In this document: one piece after another, positions 1-11,221 of the stretch
How positions within the stretch are numbered: position 1 is the stretch's first letter
Layout: each line of letters starts with the position of its first letter
From: Thecamonas trahens ATCC 50062
Taxonomy: Eukaryota > Protista > Apusomonadida
Length of the DNA: 64,000 bases
Assembly: GCF_000142905.1 (NCBI RefSeq)
Contig: NW_013657645.1
Span: forward strand, 124,001 to 188,000
Direction of reading: 5' to 3'
Notes under the pieces: model-generated
Databases searched by the model: none
What the model saw: only the letters and a program-made list of their open reading frames with translations
Told to the model about the DNA's origin: nothing
Program-made: the position numbers and the translations under genes

Positions 1-337
1 TGGCTGTCGTAGCTGTAGCATCCGACATGCCTCAGCTCACGCTTGCATGGCGCAACCTCGGATCCCGACACCGCACCTTGCGGAATCGATCGTCGCCGGG
101 GTCTGGCCGGGCCACGAACGGCATCGCGCGCAAGCAATGCAACGCCAGCGCAACCTGTGCTACCTGGTCAACCATTGCGAGCGTGCGTTTTGATCATGAC
201 CGACCGCAAGTCACCCCGGTTTGCGCACACTTGGATGAAACGTGCCCGGATCATCACATCGGATGTGGCAAGCTGCTCGCCGTTCACTGCGCGCCGTGAC
301 TTGGAGGCTGACGTTACCTCTCTCGGCCGTCTCCGCC

Positions 338-905
338 ATGAACATGGACATGCCCGCGCACATGCACATGAACCACAGCATGCACATGGACATGCACATG
401 ATGAAGATGTACTTCCACACAGGCACCTACGAGACATTGCTGTTCAAAGACTGGGTCCTCAACTCGGACGGCAAGTACGCCACGTGCCCTTGCCCCCTTA
501 TCCCCTTACCCCCCCCCCCTTACCCCCTCCCCCCTCCCCCACTGATACAGGTACTGGGCCGCCGTAGCGGGCGTCTTCTTCCTCACGGCCTTCTACGAGC
601 TGCTTTCGGCCTTCAAGCCCATCCTCGACAACATGCTCGTGCCGGCCGGCAAGGTGGCCGCCGGCGAGCTCGGCGTGGCTCCGGTCCGCATTGCGCCCTG
701 GGCTGTTCAGCCGCTGCGGGCCGCCTACCACACCTTCCAGCTTGCTGTCGCCTACATCCTCATGCTTGTGGTCATGACCTACAACATGGGCCTGTTTTTC
801 GCCATCCTCGCAGGCGCCTTTGTCGGCTACCTCGTCTTCCACCGACGCGTCGGCGTCGTCCGTGCTCCGGGTGAGGAGGAGGCCGACGTTGCCGGCTGCC
901 ACTGA
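338..905 (+). CDS. Ctr/SLC31 copper transporter (exons 338-474, 551-905)
   Basis: Met/His-rich N-terminus MNMDMPAHMHMNHSMHMDMHMMKMYFH. GTACGC..CAG intron 475-550 joins in frame to YWAAVAGVFFLTAFYELL. C-terminal YILMLVVMTYN (MxxxM) and GxxxG TM3. Confidence 0.92.
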
Positions 906-1217
906 TGCCGTCCTCCCCCCCCCCTCCCCCCCTCCATTAGTAACAAGTAATAAGGAGTAGCTAACATCAGGGCACCAAAAGGTGCTGATGATCCCGTGAC
1001 TCCTCCCTCCCTCCCTCCCCCCCCTGGCCCCTCCCCCCCCTCTCTCCCTAACCTGCCAAAGCCGCTCTGCCCACTGAAGTCACGAGACCCTGTACTCCCC
1101 CTTCCTCCCCCCCCCAAGCCCCCTCCCGTTGCTGCGCCACACCTCTCCCTCCACCCTTAACCACCCCCCGCACACAACCCACATACCCCCCCTCCTACTT
1201 CCTCCATCTCTCTACCC

Positions 1218-3177
1218 ATGGCCTCTGCAGTGCCCATGGCCTCCATGGCCCGCCCCTTTGCCGTCGAAGTACGCCACGCCACGCCTATCAGAGAGNNNNN
1301 NNNNNNNNNNNNNNNNNNNNNNNNNNNNNNNNNNNNNNNNNNNNNNNNNNNNNNNNNNNNNNNNNNNNNNNNNNNNNNNNNNNNNNNNNNNNNNNNNNNN
1401 NNNNNNNNNNNNNNNNNNNNNNNNNNNNNNNNNNNNNNNNNNNNNNNNNNNNNNNNNNNNNNNNNNNNNNNNNNNNNNNNNNNNNNNNNNNNNNNNNNNN
1501 NNNNNNNNNNNNNNNNNNNNNNNNNNNNNNNNNNNNNNNNNNNNNNNNNNNNNNNNNNNNNNNNNNNNNNNNNNNNNNNNNNCCCCCCCCCTTACACAGG
1601 ATATGTCCGACACCGTGCGTACCCGCGGCATGGATTGGTCGCAGGTGGAAAAGACAGTCGACGCAGACCAGGCAGACATTGCCGCTGTCCGCCAGCTGGC
1701 AACCGTGTCCGAGGCCGAGGCCGAGGAAATGCTGGCCACGGCCGGACCGGGCGTTCTTGGTGCGCTCCTCCGCCTCGCCGCTGTCCCAACCTCGCCGCAA
1801 TCGGAGCTTGTCTCCTACCTGCTGGTCATCTTTGCCGACACTGTCGCCCGCATGGGCCGCGAGCAGCTGTCGGAGGCGGCGTGTCAGCTGCAGGCCGGCC
1901 TGCTGGCTGCCGAGGGAATCGGTGCGCCGCCGCCTGATCTGGTGACTGGCGACGGCACGCCGCCGGCAGCCGACGACCCGCAGGTGCTTGCAGCGGCGAC
2001 GGCGGCAGCGGCGCGCCCGCCGTCGGACCTCGGCTCGCGCACGTTCCCGCTCCTGCCTGCGGGCGTCGACTCGCCGGTCTACGGCCCGCTGCTGCGGATT
2101 CTTGCCCGCGCCGATGTCTCGGACCCCAAGGCGTTCTTTGTGGTGAGCAAGGTGCTGGAGGTGATCAAGGCGCTGGCGCGCGCGCCGCTCCCGATTGGCG
2201 TCACCCAGCTGGCCGATCTCCTCGCTTGGGCCCACAACCAGACCGTGTCGTCGATGCAGCGGGCGTCGTCATCAGCGTCGGCGTCGGCGTCGACGTCGGC
2301 GGCGTCGCGGGTACTGGCGTCGGCTGACGCCACGGTGTCGACCATGTCGGGTTCGTCGTCGTTCCTCGAGCCGGCCGTCGGCCTTCTCCAGACCCTCCTC
2401 CGCTACAACTCGGTCCGCCAGGAGTTCTGGGCCCGTCCGCGCGCCTTTGACGCCATCCTCTCGCTCATTGTCCCCGAGTCGCTCCAGTTTCAGCTCATCT
2501 ACCAGGCCCTCAACGTCCTCTGGCTCCTCTCGTACTCGGCCGACATTGCAGCCGAGATGCCATCGCGTGGCCCGGTCATTCCGCTCCTTATGCGCGTCCT
2601 CAAGCGCGTCCGCAAGGAGAACGAAAAGGTCTTCCGCATGGCCATCGGTGTCGTCATCAACCTTGTCGACCGTGGCCAGCTCGGCTCCGCCATCGTCGAG
2701 GTCGGCATGGTCAAGTACGGCAAGACGCTGCTGGCCCACGCGTGGAAGGACGCCGACATGATCGAGCGCATCGAGGCTCTGCTCGACTCGCTTCGCGTCC
2801 ACGAGGAGGATCTCTCCACCTTTGGCCAGTACAAGGAGGAGGTGCTCTCGGGCCTCCTCACCTGGAGCCCCGTTCACAAGTCGGAGGCCTTCTGGCGCAT
2901 CAACATCAACAAGTTTGAGTGGGAAGAGTGGCGCCTCCTCCGCGTCCTCATCCAGCTTATTTCGTCGTCGCAGGACCCGCTCATTCTCGCCGTCGCCGCC
3001 CACGACCTCGGCGAGTTTGTCCGCATCCACCCCGCCGGCAAGCGCATCCTCACCTCGCTCGAGGGCAAGGACGCCCTCATGGCCCTCATGACCCACGCTG
3101 ACGAGTCGGTCCGCGAGCACGCCCTCGTTGCCGTCCAGAAGATGCTGGTCAAGAACTACTCGTTCACCACCCAATGA
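1218..3177 (+). CDS. ATP6V1H: V-type ATPase V1 subunit H (probable exon 1218-1268, intron spanning N-gap, exon 1600-3177)
   Basis: Conserved C-terminus LSTFGQYKEEVLSGLLTWSPVHKSEAFW...LAVAAHDLGEFVR..GKR..VREHALVAVQKM and QLIYQ..LWLLSY. The 5' end is uncertain because of the gap. Confidence 0.9.
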
Positions 3178-3275
3178 ACTGTTGTGGTACCACCCATTCA
3201 TCCCAGCCTTTTGCCCCTGCGAGACCAACACTCGTTGCACCCCACACCCCACCACGCTCGTCTCCGGCCCAGCAC

Positions 3276-5073
3276 ATGGACTTCAAGCGCCTGGTCCTCC
3301 AGGCCTACCCGCAGGCTCCCGAGCGGCAGTCGTCCGAGGCCCGCTGGTGGAAGAGATACAAGGTACGTCCCCCCCCCCCTCATACACACACAATCTCGCT
3401 CCCTCCCCCGTCCCTCTCCTTCCCCTCCACACCACCCTGACTCTGCTTGCCCGTCTCGTCCAGGATGGATGGCTGGATGCGGTCGGGCGAGAAGCCAGCC
3501 CCAGCCCCCGCCCCCCTGCTCACCCCCCCCCCCCGCCCCACTCCCATAGGCTGTGGCCACAGAGAAGAAGTTTGGCGCGGTCTCGCACATCGAGTTCTCC
3601 CCGGCTGCACCGCATGCGTTCGCGGTGACGGCTGGCTCGCGGGTCCACGTCTACTCGGCGGCGACCAAGGCCGAGACGCGGACGCTGACTCGGTTCCCGG
3701 ACACGGCGTACTGCGGGACGTGGCGCGGCGACGGGAAGATCCTGGCTGCCGGGTCTGAGGACGGTCTTGTCCAGCTGTTTGATGCCTCGTCGCGGCTGAT
3801 TCTGCGTAAGCTTAAGGGTCACACGCGGGCGGTCCGGGCGCTCGGCTTCGGCTCAAAGTCCTCGCTCTACACGGCGTCGGACGACTTTACGGCGCGAATT
3901 TGGGATGTGCCGACCGAGACGTCGACGATGACGCTGAGTGGACACACCGACGTCGTCCGTTCGGCGACGCTCATGCCAGGCTCGGAGCATCTGCTGCTTA
4001 CGGGCTCGTACGACCACTCGATCATGCTGTGGGATACCCGGACAGGGAGCTCGACGCTCTCGCTCGACGGAGGCGGGCCGCTGGAGGCCCTCCTCGTCCT
4101 GCCGTCGTCGGGCCTGGTCGTCTCGGCCGCTCTCAACTCGCTCTCGGTCTGGGACATTCTCGCTGGCGGCAAGAAGCTGCTCTCGGTCTCGAACCACCGC
4201 AAGACCATCACCGCGCTCGCTCTCGACTCGACCGGCGCCCGCCTGCTCTCGGCCTCGCTTGACCAGCAGGTCAAGGTCTACGACGTCACCGACTACTCGG
4301 TCACCCACACCATCAAGTTTGAGTCGCCGCTCCTCTCGCTCGCCCTTGCGCCGGACAACTCGCTCCTGGTTGCCGGCGGCGTCAACGGCGAACTCGCCAT
4401 CCGCGAGCACAAGCAGGGCGGCGCGTCTGCCGCCGATATGCGCCCGGCCACCCGTGCCGGCTCGGGCGACGATGCCGGCCCGTCAGCCAAGAAGCTCCAT
4501 CCGGGCTCGCACGCCCACGCCGAGCGCGGTCAGTCGCACAAGCCTGAGGCCGGCGACTTTGTTCTTGCCTCCTTCCGCCGCAAGAAGTTGCGCGACTTTG
4601 AGCGTTTCCTCAAGAAGTTTGAGTACAAGAACGCGCTCGACGCCGCCCTCAACACCCGCGATCCGGTCGTCGTTGTTTCGCTCATTGCCGAGCTCAAGCA
4701 GCGCGCCGGCCTCAACATTGCCCTGAAGGGCCGGGACGATACTTCGCTCGAGCCCATCCTCGAGTTTCTCATCCGCTACGCCGTCGTTCCGCGCTACGCG
4801 CCGCTGCTTCTCGACGTCGCCGCCACCGTCCTCGAGATGTACGCCCCATTCATCGGCCAGTTTGTCTCGCTTGACGAGCAGTTTGTCCAGCTGGCCCAGC
4901 AGACTCGCCGCGAAGTCGCCTTTCTCCGCGACCTGCACTCGATGCAGGGCATGCTCGAGGTCTTCCTTGAGGAGGGCCAGCGCTCCGCCCCGCGCCCGTC
5001 GGCAGCCCCGGCGCCCTCGACGTCGGCTGACACCGGTTCCCGCCTTGCCCAGATGGAGTACGAGGAGCAATGA
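3276..5073 (+). CDS. UTP15: U3 snoRNA-associated WD40 protein UTP15 (exons 3276-3362, 3550-5073)
   Basis: MDFKRL..EARWWKRYK exon, GTACGT..TAG intron, WD40 repeats (GHTRAV, GHTDVVRS, GSYDHSIMLWD, NHRKTIT), UTP15_C motif LKKFEYKNALDAAL..LIAELKQR..L.IALKGRD. Confidence 0.93.
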
Positions 5074-5092
5074 ATGATTGCCAGATGATGGC

Positions 5093-5830
5093 TCAGCCGT
5101 CCACGGCCGCGACAGTCGCCGCCACCGCCGCAGGCGCCACGCGCGCCACCGCCCGCGCCACTGCAGTGCCGTCGTCACCCGCACCCTCTAACGCGCGCTC
5201 GACGCTGCCAGCTGCACTGGCAGGCACGCCGATCCACAGCGTGGCGTCGGCGACAGGAAAGTCCGGGTTGTCGTCGACGACAGCGATCCACGCCGCGAGC
5301 CAGCCATCGCCGCCGCCGTCCGGTCCGGCCGGAGCCATCCGGGCCATGTCGGACCCTACACGTAGCCCGCCGTAGGCATCGCCATCGACTGCGTGTGCGT
5401 GCACATCTGCTTGCGCACCGAGCGCCTCACGGCCGGCCCATCGCATGCGCTCGTCGTCGGTCACTGCCTCGTCATCAGCCAGGATCAGGCCGTCGGCAGG
5501 CACCAGGCCATAGACGCCGATCTTGGGATGGGCCTGCAGCGGCACGCCAGCCGCCGCCCGCGGGCGCAACACCGGGCCGTGGGCAAACACGTTCCACCGA
5601 TCGCCATCTGGCAGCAGAGCCACCACGATGCGTGCGGCGAGGACTGCACCGGCCCCCACTGCATGGGCCGCATCGGCGACGACATGCGACGGCAGCGTGT
5701 CGTGCGCCAGGACGCCCGTCGCCAGAGTCTGGGGGAGGCAGAGCTCGGCGCCACCGCCGTACGACCCGACCATCGTGGTAGGCAGCATCCACTGGAGGAA
5801 GAGCGCATCAGGGGTATCAGCCGAGGCCAT
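5093..5830 (-). CDS. hypothetical protein
   Basis: ORF from MASADTPDALF with genome-typical GC3 bias, filling the space between UTP15 and FAM32A. No family recognised. Confidence 0.5.
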   Translation of the reverse strand: MASADTPDALFLQWMLPTTMVGSYGGGAELCLPQTLATGVLAHDTLPSHVVADAAHAVGAGAVLAARIVVALLPDGDRWNVFAHGPVLRPRAAAGVPLQAHPKIGVYGLVPADGLILADDEAVTDDERMRWAGREALGAQADVHAHAVDGDAYGGLRVGSDMARMAPAGPDGGGDGWLAAWIAVVDDNPDFPVADATLWIGVPASAAGSVERALEGAGDDGTAVARAVARVAPAAVAATVAAVDG

Positions 5831-5950
5831 GGCCGGGCTCAGGGGAGTGGGGTGGTGGGGTGGTGGTGGTGGGGTGGGGGGGGGGGGAGGGGGGAGGGGG
5901 CGAGGAGACACACCTCACTGTGGCTGACACGGGTGCAGGCCGACGAGGGC

Positions 5951-6700
5951 ATGGAGTACGAGGGTGTGGTGGCTGGCCGACTGCGGCTGAAGGGGGTGGA
6001 CGTGGGGCATGGCGGGAAGAGGCGGCGCGGGTCTGGGGGCAAGGGCAAGAGCAAGGGCAAGGGCAAGGGCAAGGGCAAGGGCAAGGGCAAAGGGAAGGGC
6101 AGCAGAAGCACGGACAGGGCCAAGGGCAAAGGCAAGGCCAAGGGCAAGGGCAAGGTCAAGACCAAGGCCAAGACCAAGGCCAAGGGAAAGGTCAAGGCCA
6201 AGGGCAGCAGGGCCAGGGCCAAGGGCAAGAGCAAGTCGCGCGCAGCGGGCAGGCGGCGGCGGCGCGGGTCGTACTCGGGCTACTCGGGCTACTCGGGCTA
6301 CTCGGGCTACTCGGGCTATAGCTACCCGTACTCGGGCTACAGCTATCCGTATTCAGAGTATAGCAGCCCATACTCTGAATCATCGTCAGCTGGTGGCGGT
6401 GGTGGCGGTGGCGGCAGTGGCAGCGGGCGGCGGCGGAAGAAGCAGCGGACGCTGCTAGGCGAGGCTATTCCGCGGGCCGAGGTAGTGGGCTCTGTGACGG
6501 TGGCTGGACCAGAGGGAGACGAGGGCGGCGATGGCGGAAGCGAGGTCGTCGACACCCGGACCGAGGCGCAGCGCAAGTTTGAGGCCATGCAGGCCGAGAT
6601 GGAGGCCAAGCGGTTGGCGTCCGAGGTGGCCAAATCGCACCGCGAGCGGCTGGAAGAGTACTCGTCCAAGCTCGGCAAACTCTCCGAGTTCCACGGATGA
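5951..6700 (+). CDS. FAM32A/DUF1754-like protein with large low-complexity insert
   Basis: N-terminal YEGVVAGRLRLKG and C-terminal DTRTEAQRKFE..KSHRERLEEYSSKLGKLSEFH match the FAM32A pattern. (GK)n and (YSG)n tracts lie in between. Confidence 0.75.
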   Translation: MEYEGVVAGRLRLKGVDVGHGGKRRRGSGGKGKSKGKGKGKGKGKGKGKGSRSTDRAKGKGKAKGKGKVKTKAKTKAKGKVKAKGSRARAKGKSKSRAAGRRRRRGSYSGYSGYSGYSGYSGYSYPYSGYSYPYSEYSSPYSESSSAGGGGGGGGSGSGRRRKKQRTLLGEAIPRAEVVGSVTVAGPEGDEGGDGGSEVVDTRTEAQRKFEAMQAEMEAKRLASEVAKSHRERLEEYSSKLGKLSEFHG

Positions 6701-6736
6701 GAGACGTGCGTCCATGCATTTACTCGCTGGCGAGCG

Positions 6737-7393
6737 CTAGGCGGTGGCCGGCACGATGGGCGGCGCGAGCGACTTGAACTTGCGGTAGGCCCAGGCGATG
6801 GGGCCAGGCGTCCGCGGCGAGGCCAGCAGCGGGTCTGTGTACGTGGCGACGGTGGCAAACGAGGCGCGGGTAAAGGGCGAGACTGCGTAGCGGAGGTAGA
6901 TAAAGTTGCAGAGGATGGCGGCGTCGGCGAGCGAGGAGCGGCCAAAGGGGACAAAGATGACGGCCATGGCCACGGTCATGACCTCGATCTGCGAGATGAT
7001 CTGGAACAAGGTCGTCTGCTGAGTGAGGAAGACTGCAACCGGGCCGGCCAGCGCCGCAGGCGCCGACCCAGTCGAGTGCATCCAGTTGGCGACCTGGTAG
7101 GCGGCAAAGAGGACGAGCGGTGTGACGCGGGCGAGCGCCGGCGGCTGGACCGCCGCCGCCACCGAGTACAGCACGTAGTGGGTGTTGTTGTCCATCATGG
7201 CTCGTGCCAGCCACTCCTTGTTGGCCTGCACAAGCCCGACCGTGTTGTACAGCGAGATCAGATACGTGCCCACTGCGCAGAGGCAGCACACGACATAAGC
7301 CGCCGTGGAGAAGCCCAACGGGAGCAAGTACGCCACCGCCCCGGCCAGCACTCCCCACTGCTGCACCTTCCACACCGTGTACAGCAAGCTCAT
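6737..7393 (-). CDS. TMEM33: TMEM33/Pom33 (UPF0121) ER/nuclear envelope membrane protein
   Basis: Hydrophobic protein with WLARAMMDNNTHYVLYS, IE.M and FIYLRYAVSPFTRASF motifs. Confidence 0.8.
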   Translation of the reverse strand: MSLLYTVWKVQQWGVLAGAVAYLLPLGFSTAAYVVCCLCAVGTYLISLYNTVGLVQANKEWLARAMMDNNTHYVLYSVAAAVQPPALARVTPLVLFAAYQVANWMHSTGSAPAALAGPVAVFLTQQTTLFQIISQIEVMTVAMAVIFVPFGRSSLADAAILCNFIYLRYAVSPFTRASFATVATYTDPLLASPRTPGPIAWAYRKFKSLAPPIVPATA

Positions 7394-7948
7394 GCCCCCA
7401 GTCTGTCGATGTCTCTCTCTTTCGGTCTGCTGTCTGCTGTCTGTCTCTCTCCCTCCCGCCCTTGTCCTCGTGCGAGTCGTGTATCCCCCCCCTTCCCCAC
7501 CTCCCCGCCCTTGCGCCCTTCCCGCCAAGGGATCCTTGCCCTCTGCAAAGCAATGTGACTTGTCTGTCCAATTGAAGGGAGGGCAAGGGGCCAGACGACC
7601 ACCGGGGGGGGGGGGGGGGGGGGCAAGCAAAAACCACATGCTTGCACGGACGACGACACCGGACGGGGGGGGGGGGCGGAAGCAAACACCACATGCTTGC
7701 TTGATCTCCATTCCGATCCCGCCCTATCTCCACTTGTCCAAGAGTCCCGATGTGCCAGAGCTGCACTACTGCCCGTGGTGCATCTCTGCCCAGCATCTGC
7801 GAGTCTCTCCAGCCTGGGCGACCTGTCGCTGGCTCTTTCCAGCCGAGACCGATGGGTGTTGCTTGCTGCCTGTCGGCATCGGAGGAGCTTGCTGCTGGTG
7901 AGTGGCCACCTCTCCCCGGCCCCCCCCTCCCCCCCCCTCCCTACCTCA

Positions 7949-9241
7949 ATGGCAGACAGGGAGCTGACCAAGGCCGAGCGCAAGGCGCTGGACAAGCGGC
8001 GAAAGAAGGAGGTCAAGGCGCTGGAAAAGGCAGCCAAGGCCGAGGCCAAGGCCCGCCGCAAGGCCGAGAAGGCCCAGCGGAAGGCCGACAAGGCGGCGGC
8101 TGCTCGGCAGGGACCGCGGAGCAGGGGAGCACGGCCGCGGCTGGGGCCCAACACCTCTGCCGCCATCGGCGAGCTGCAGCGGCGAGCAGAGGCCGTGTCG
8201 GCGGCTGCAAGCGTCGGTGCCTTTGACGGCATGCCGCGCGAGCTGTACGAGCTCTCGCAGCTCGAGCTCCGGCTGGTCACCGCACTGTGCGAGGCCGGCA
8301 TCAATCCCGAGAGCGCAGGCGTGGCGGCGGCAGCAGAGAACGTACTTGTGGCCAAGCAGGCGCTCGGCGCGAACCTGGGCATGTCACCGGCCTCGCTTGA
8401 TGCCTACATCCAGGCCGAGCTGGGGCGGGCGCCGGGTCCTGCGCCGGCGCATCCCTCGGAAGGCGCGACCATCTCGGACGAGGCCTTCTACGACACCTTT
8501 GTCCACGCCATTCCCGAGGTCCTGCTTGCGATCCAGGACGCGGCGCTGGTGACGCAGGAGGACTTTATGGCCATGACGCCCGAGGCTTATCTCTGGCTCC
8601 CGGCCCTCGGCGTAGTCCACGTCGCCTCGCTCTCGCCTGACATTGCCGACGGCATTGCTGTCACGTCGGGCTGGATCGTCCGCCGCGCCAACTGTCCCGC
8701 CCGCTACGCCGGCATCCTTCCGCTCGTCCTCCAGCTCAAGGTCAGACTCAAGACCTGGGGCGGCTCGGTCCTCGACCTCTACCGGGCACTGTTGGGCAAG
8801 CTGCCGAGCTCGACACCGCACGAGACCAAGGCTGCGCTCGACGAGCTGACGTCGATTGTCCACGCCATTGTCCGCGGCATCATCGACATGGACAACTTCC
8901 GCGCCTTTGTGGCCGAGATGTTTGCCGTCTACAAGGCGTTCACTGCCTCGGACTTTACTTGCGCCTTTGCTGAGGTTTCAGCCGTCGACATTGACATCGA
9001 CATTGATCTGGACGACCTCTCCCCGCCAGGCGCAAGTGGCGGCTCGGCAGCTGCTGGCAGTGGAGGGTCTGGCGCCCCAGGCGCTTCCGGTTCGGTCGGC
9101 GCCACGCTCGGCGCTCCGCACGACTCGGGTGACTCGTCAGACCTGACGGCTGACGGCGCGTTCTCTGACTCGGGCTCGGGCTCGGGCTTTTCGTCCGACT
9201 CGTCGTCGGCCGGCGATCGCTCGTCGGCGTCGTCGCTGTGA
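7949..9241 (+). CDS. hypothetical protein (K/A-rich N-terminal coil, helical core, S/D-rich tail)
   Basis: 430-aa ORF from MADRELTKAE with strong coding bias. No family recognised. Confidence 0.65.
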   Translation: MADRELTKAERKALDKRRKKEVKALEKAAKAEAKARRKAEKAQRKADKAAAARQGPRSRGARPRLGPNTSAAIGELQRRAEAVSAAASVGAFDGMPRELYELSQLELRLVTALCEAGINPESAGVAAAAENVLVAKQALGANLGMSPASLDAYIQAELGRAPGPAPAHPSEGATISDEAFYDTFVHAIPEVLLAIQDAALVTQEDFMAMTPEAYLWLPALGVVHVASLSPDIADGIAVTSGWIVRRANCPARYAGILPLVLQLKVRLKTWGGSVLDLYRALLGKLPSSTPHETKAALDELTSIVHAIVRGIIDMDNFRAFVAEMFAVYKAFTASDFTCAFAEVSAVDIDIDIDLDDLSPPGASGGSAAAGSGGSGAPGASGSVGATLGAPHDSGDSSDLTADGAFSDSGSGSGFSSDSSSAGDRSSASSL

Positions 9242-9343
9242 CACCCGGTCGACCAGCCGTCGGGTGCCGGTTCGCTGCCACAGGTCCCGGAGGGGCATCT
9301 CTCTCCTTCGCGCCACTTGGCAGCACACACACCGACCGACGAC

Positions 9344-11221
9344 ATGTTCTTTGCCGAGCTCCTCTCGACCCGCACCTCGTTGGGCAAGCTGTGGAATGCC
9401 GGACAGCTTGCGCGGATGGGCCGCATGCGGCACCGCAGGCTCCACGCGCGGGCATCACTCAAGGGCTTGGGCGCGTCGTCACGATCGGCACCGTCGTCGC
9501 ACCGCGGCAAGGTCGCGGTCTTCAAGACCATTCCCAAGCGGTCGGTGCTCTCGGCCAACATCACTGGCCTCGCGGCCGCCGTCCGCAAGCGGGCCATCGA
9601 CGCCTCCGACCTGTCGCTAGCAGTCAAAGGTGTGCTTGTCCATGGCCTTGCTGCCATCTACGACCGCAAGTGTGCCTACACCCTCGGTACGTTGCGCCTT
9701 GAGCGCGTTCAGGAAAAAGGCGTCAAAGGTGGCAGGCCCCGCGGTTGATCGCGCGGTTGATCAACCGCGGCATGGCTCGCCATGGTTCCACTCACCCCCT
9801 TTCAACCCACCACCGCCGCAGACGATGCATCCAAGGCCATGACCACCATCATGGGCCAGCTCAAGACGTTTAACACAACAAAGGCTGCGGGCGGAGGACA
9901 CCGGCGGAAGCGGGCGGCGCAGAGGCGGCGCGTGCGCAAGCAGGCAGGGGGTGACGTGGGGGCGGCCACCGCGCACGCCTGCCTTCGCGAGCTGCTGCAG
10001 AACGACGCCTCGCTCCGAGAGTACTACACGGCGATGCTCGGGGGACCGGAAGGCGGGCTGCTGAACGTACTTGGCGGCGGCGTCGAGGGTGCTGACCTCA
10101 ACCAAGGCTTCCTGGTCCTTGATCCGCATGCTGCGCACGCCGCGCCGCCATGCGCCATCACGCTGCCCGATCCCGCGGCAAGCTCGCTCTTTGCCGGCGG
10201 CACCGGCGTCGACGACTTGGGCCTGCTGCTTGTTGGCGGCGACGATGGCTTTGGCATCGACGACTTTGGCGAGGCTAACGTCCCGCACTACGAGCCGGGC
10301 GTTGGCGCGCTTGACGACAACAGCGGCGACGACCAAGTCGGCGAGTGGGAGCTGTTTGGCCGAGCGGTCAGCGAGCCGCAGCTTGCGTCGCTTGCATCGC
10401 TCGGATGGGACGAGGAGCACGTGGCGCAGCAGCGCGCGCGTCCGCGCGGACCACAGGTCGATGCCCGCACTCGGTTCTCATCGGCGGTGATGCGGCGGAA
10501 CCTGGAGACCGGCGCATCAACCGTCGGGACGTGGCATGCGAGCCGGGTGGAGGATGGGGTGCGGCAGGCGCGGCTCGACGCTTGGCGAGCAGTCGGGTGG
10601 CGGCCGCGAGTCTTTGCGCACCACGCGACCGAGCTTCGACCGCAGGTTGCGCCTGCGCTGCGCAACCTGCTGCAAAGCTCGCTCTCGCTCGAGCCCGCGC
10701 CGCCGGCGGAGCGGCGGGCGTGGGCGAGCGGTTTGGACCTCTCGTTTGCCGCGTCCGCGGCACCCGATCCGTTGTCGGACGGCGACACATTCTCCGGCGA
10801 GTGGGACGAGGCCTTTGCGGTGGCGTGGGACGAGGCCGAGGATGCTGAGCCATCGGCGGAGCGGTCGCTCGGTGCGCTGTTGGAGGCGTCGATGGGTCCT
10901 GAGCGCGCGCGCAGCTCGCAGCCTGCGCGCAGCGGCGACGTGGCTTGGGCCGTCGAGCACATGGAGGGCACGACAGCGCGATTTCTGCGGTGGCTGGCAC
11001 GCGCCACGCCAGGCACGCCCTTTGGCGAGCTGGTGGCGCCCGGGGCGGTGAGCGCGGGCACAGCGGCCAAGGCCTTTGTCCACCTCCTCCAGCTCAAGAC
11101 CGACGGCATGGTGGCGCTTCGCGGGGGCAGCCGCCAGCAAGCGGACCGGGTCCGGCCCGAGGTCACTGAGTTTGGCGCAGCAGTGGTTACCGCTCTTGCT
11201 GCTCGCCGTCACGAGGTGTAG
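9344..11221 (+). CDS. Rad21/Rec8-family alpha-kleisin, Rec8-like (exons 9344-9686, 9822-11221)
   Basis: N-domain MFFAELLSTRTSLGKLW..LSLAVKGVLVHGLAAIYDRKCAYTL|DDASKAM joined by GTACGT..CAG intron 9687-9821. C-terminal winged-helix SAGTAAKAFVHLLQLKTDGMVAL. Confidence 0.85.

Noticed and set aside
985-1090. TGATGA ... CTGA pair as a possible C/D snoRNA
   Set aside because: The stem is not placed outside both boxes and the interior is poly-C with no rRNA complementarity seen.
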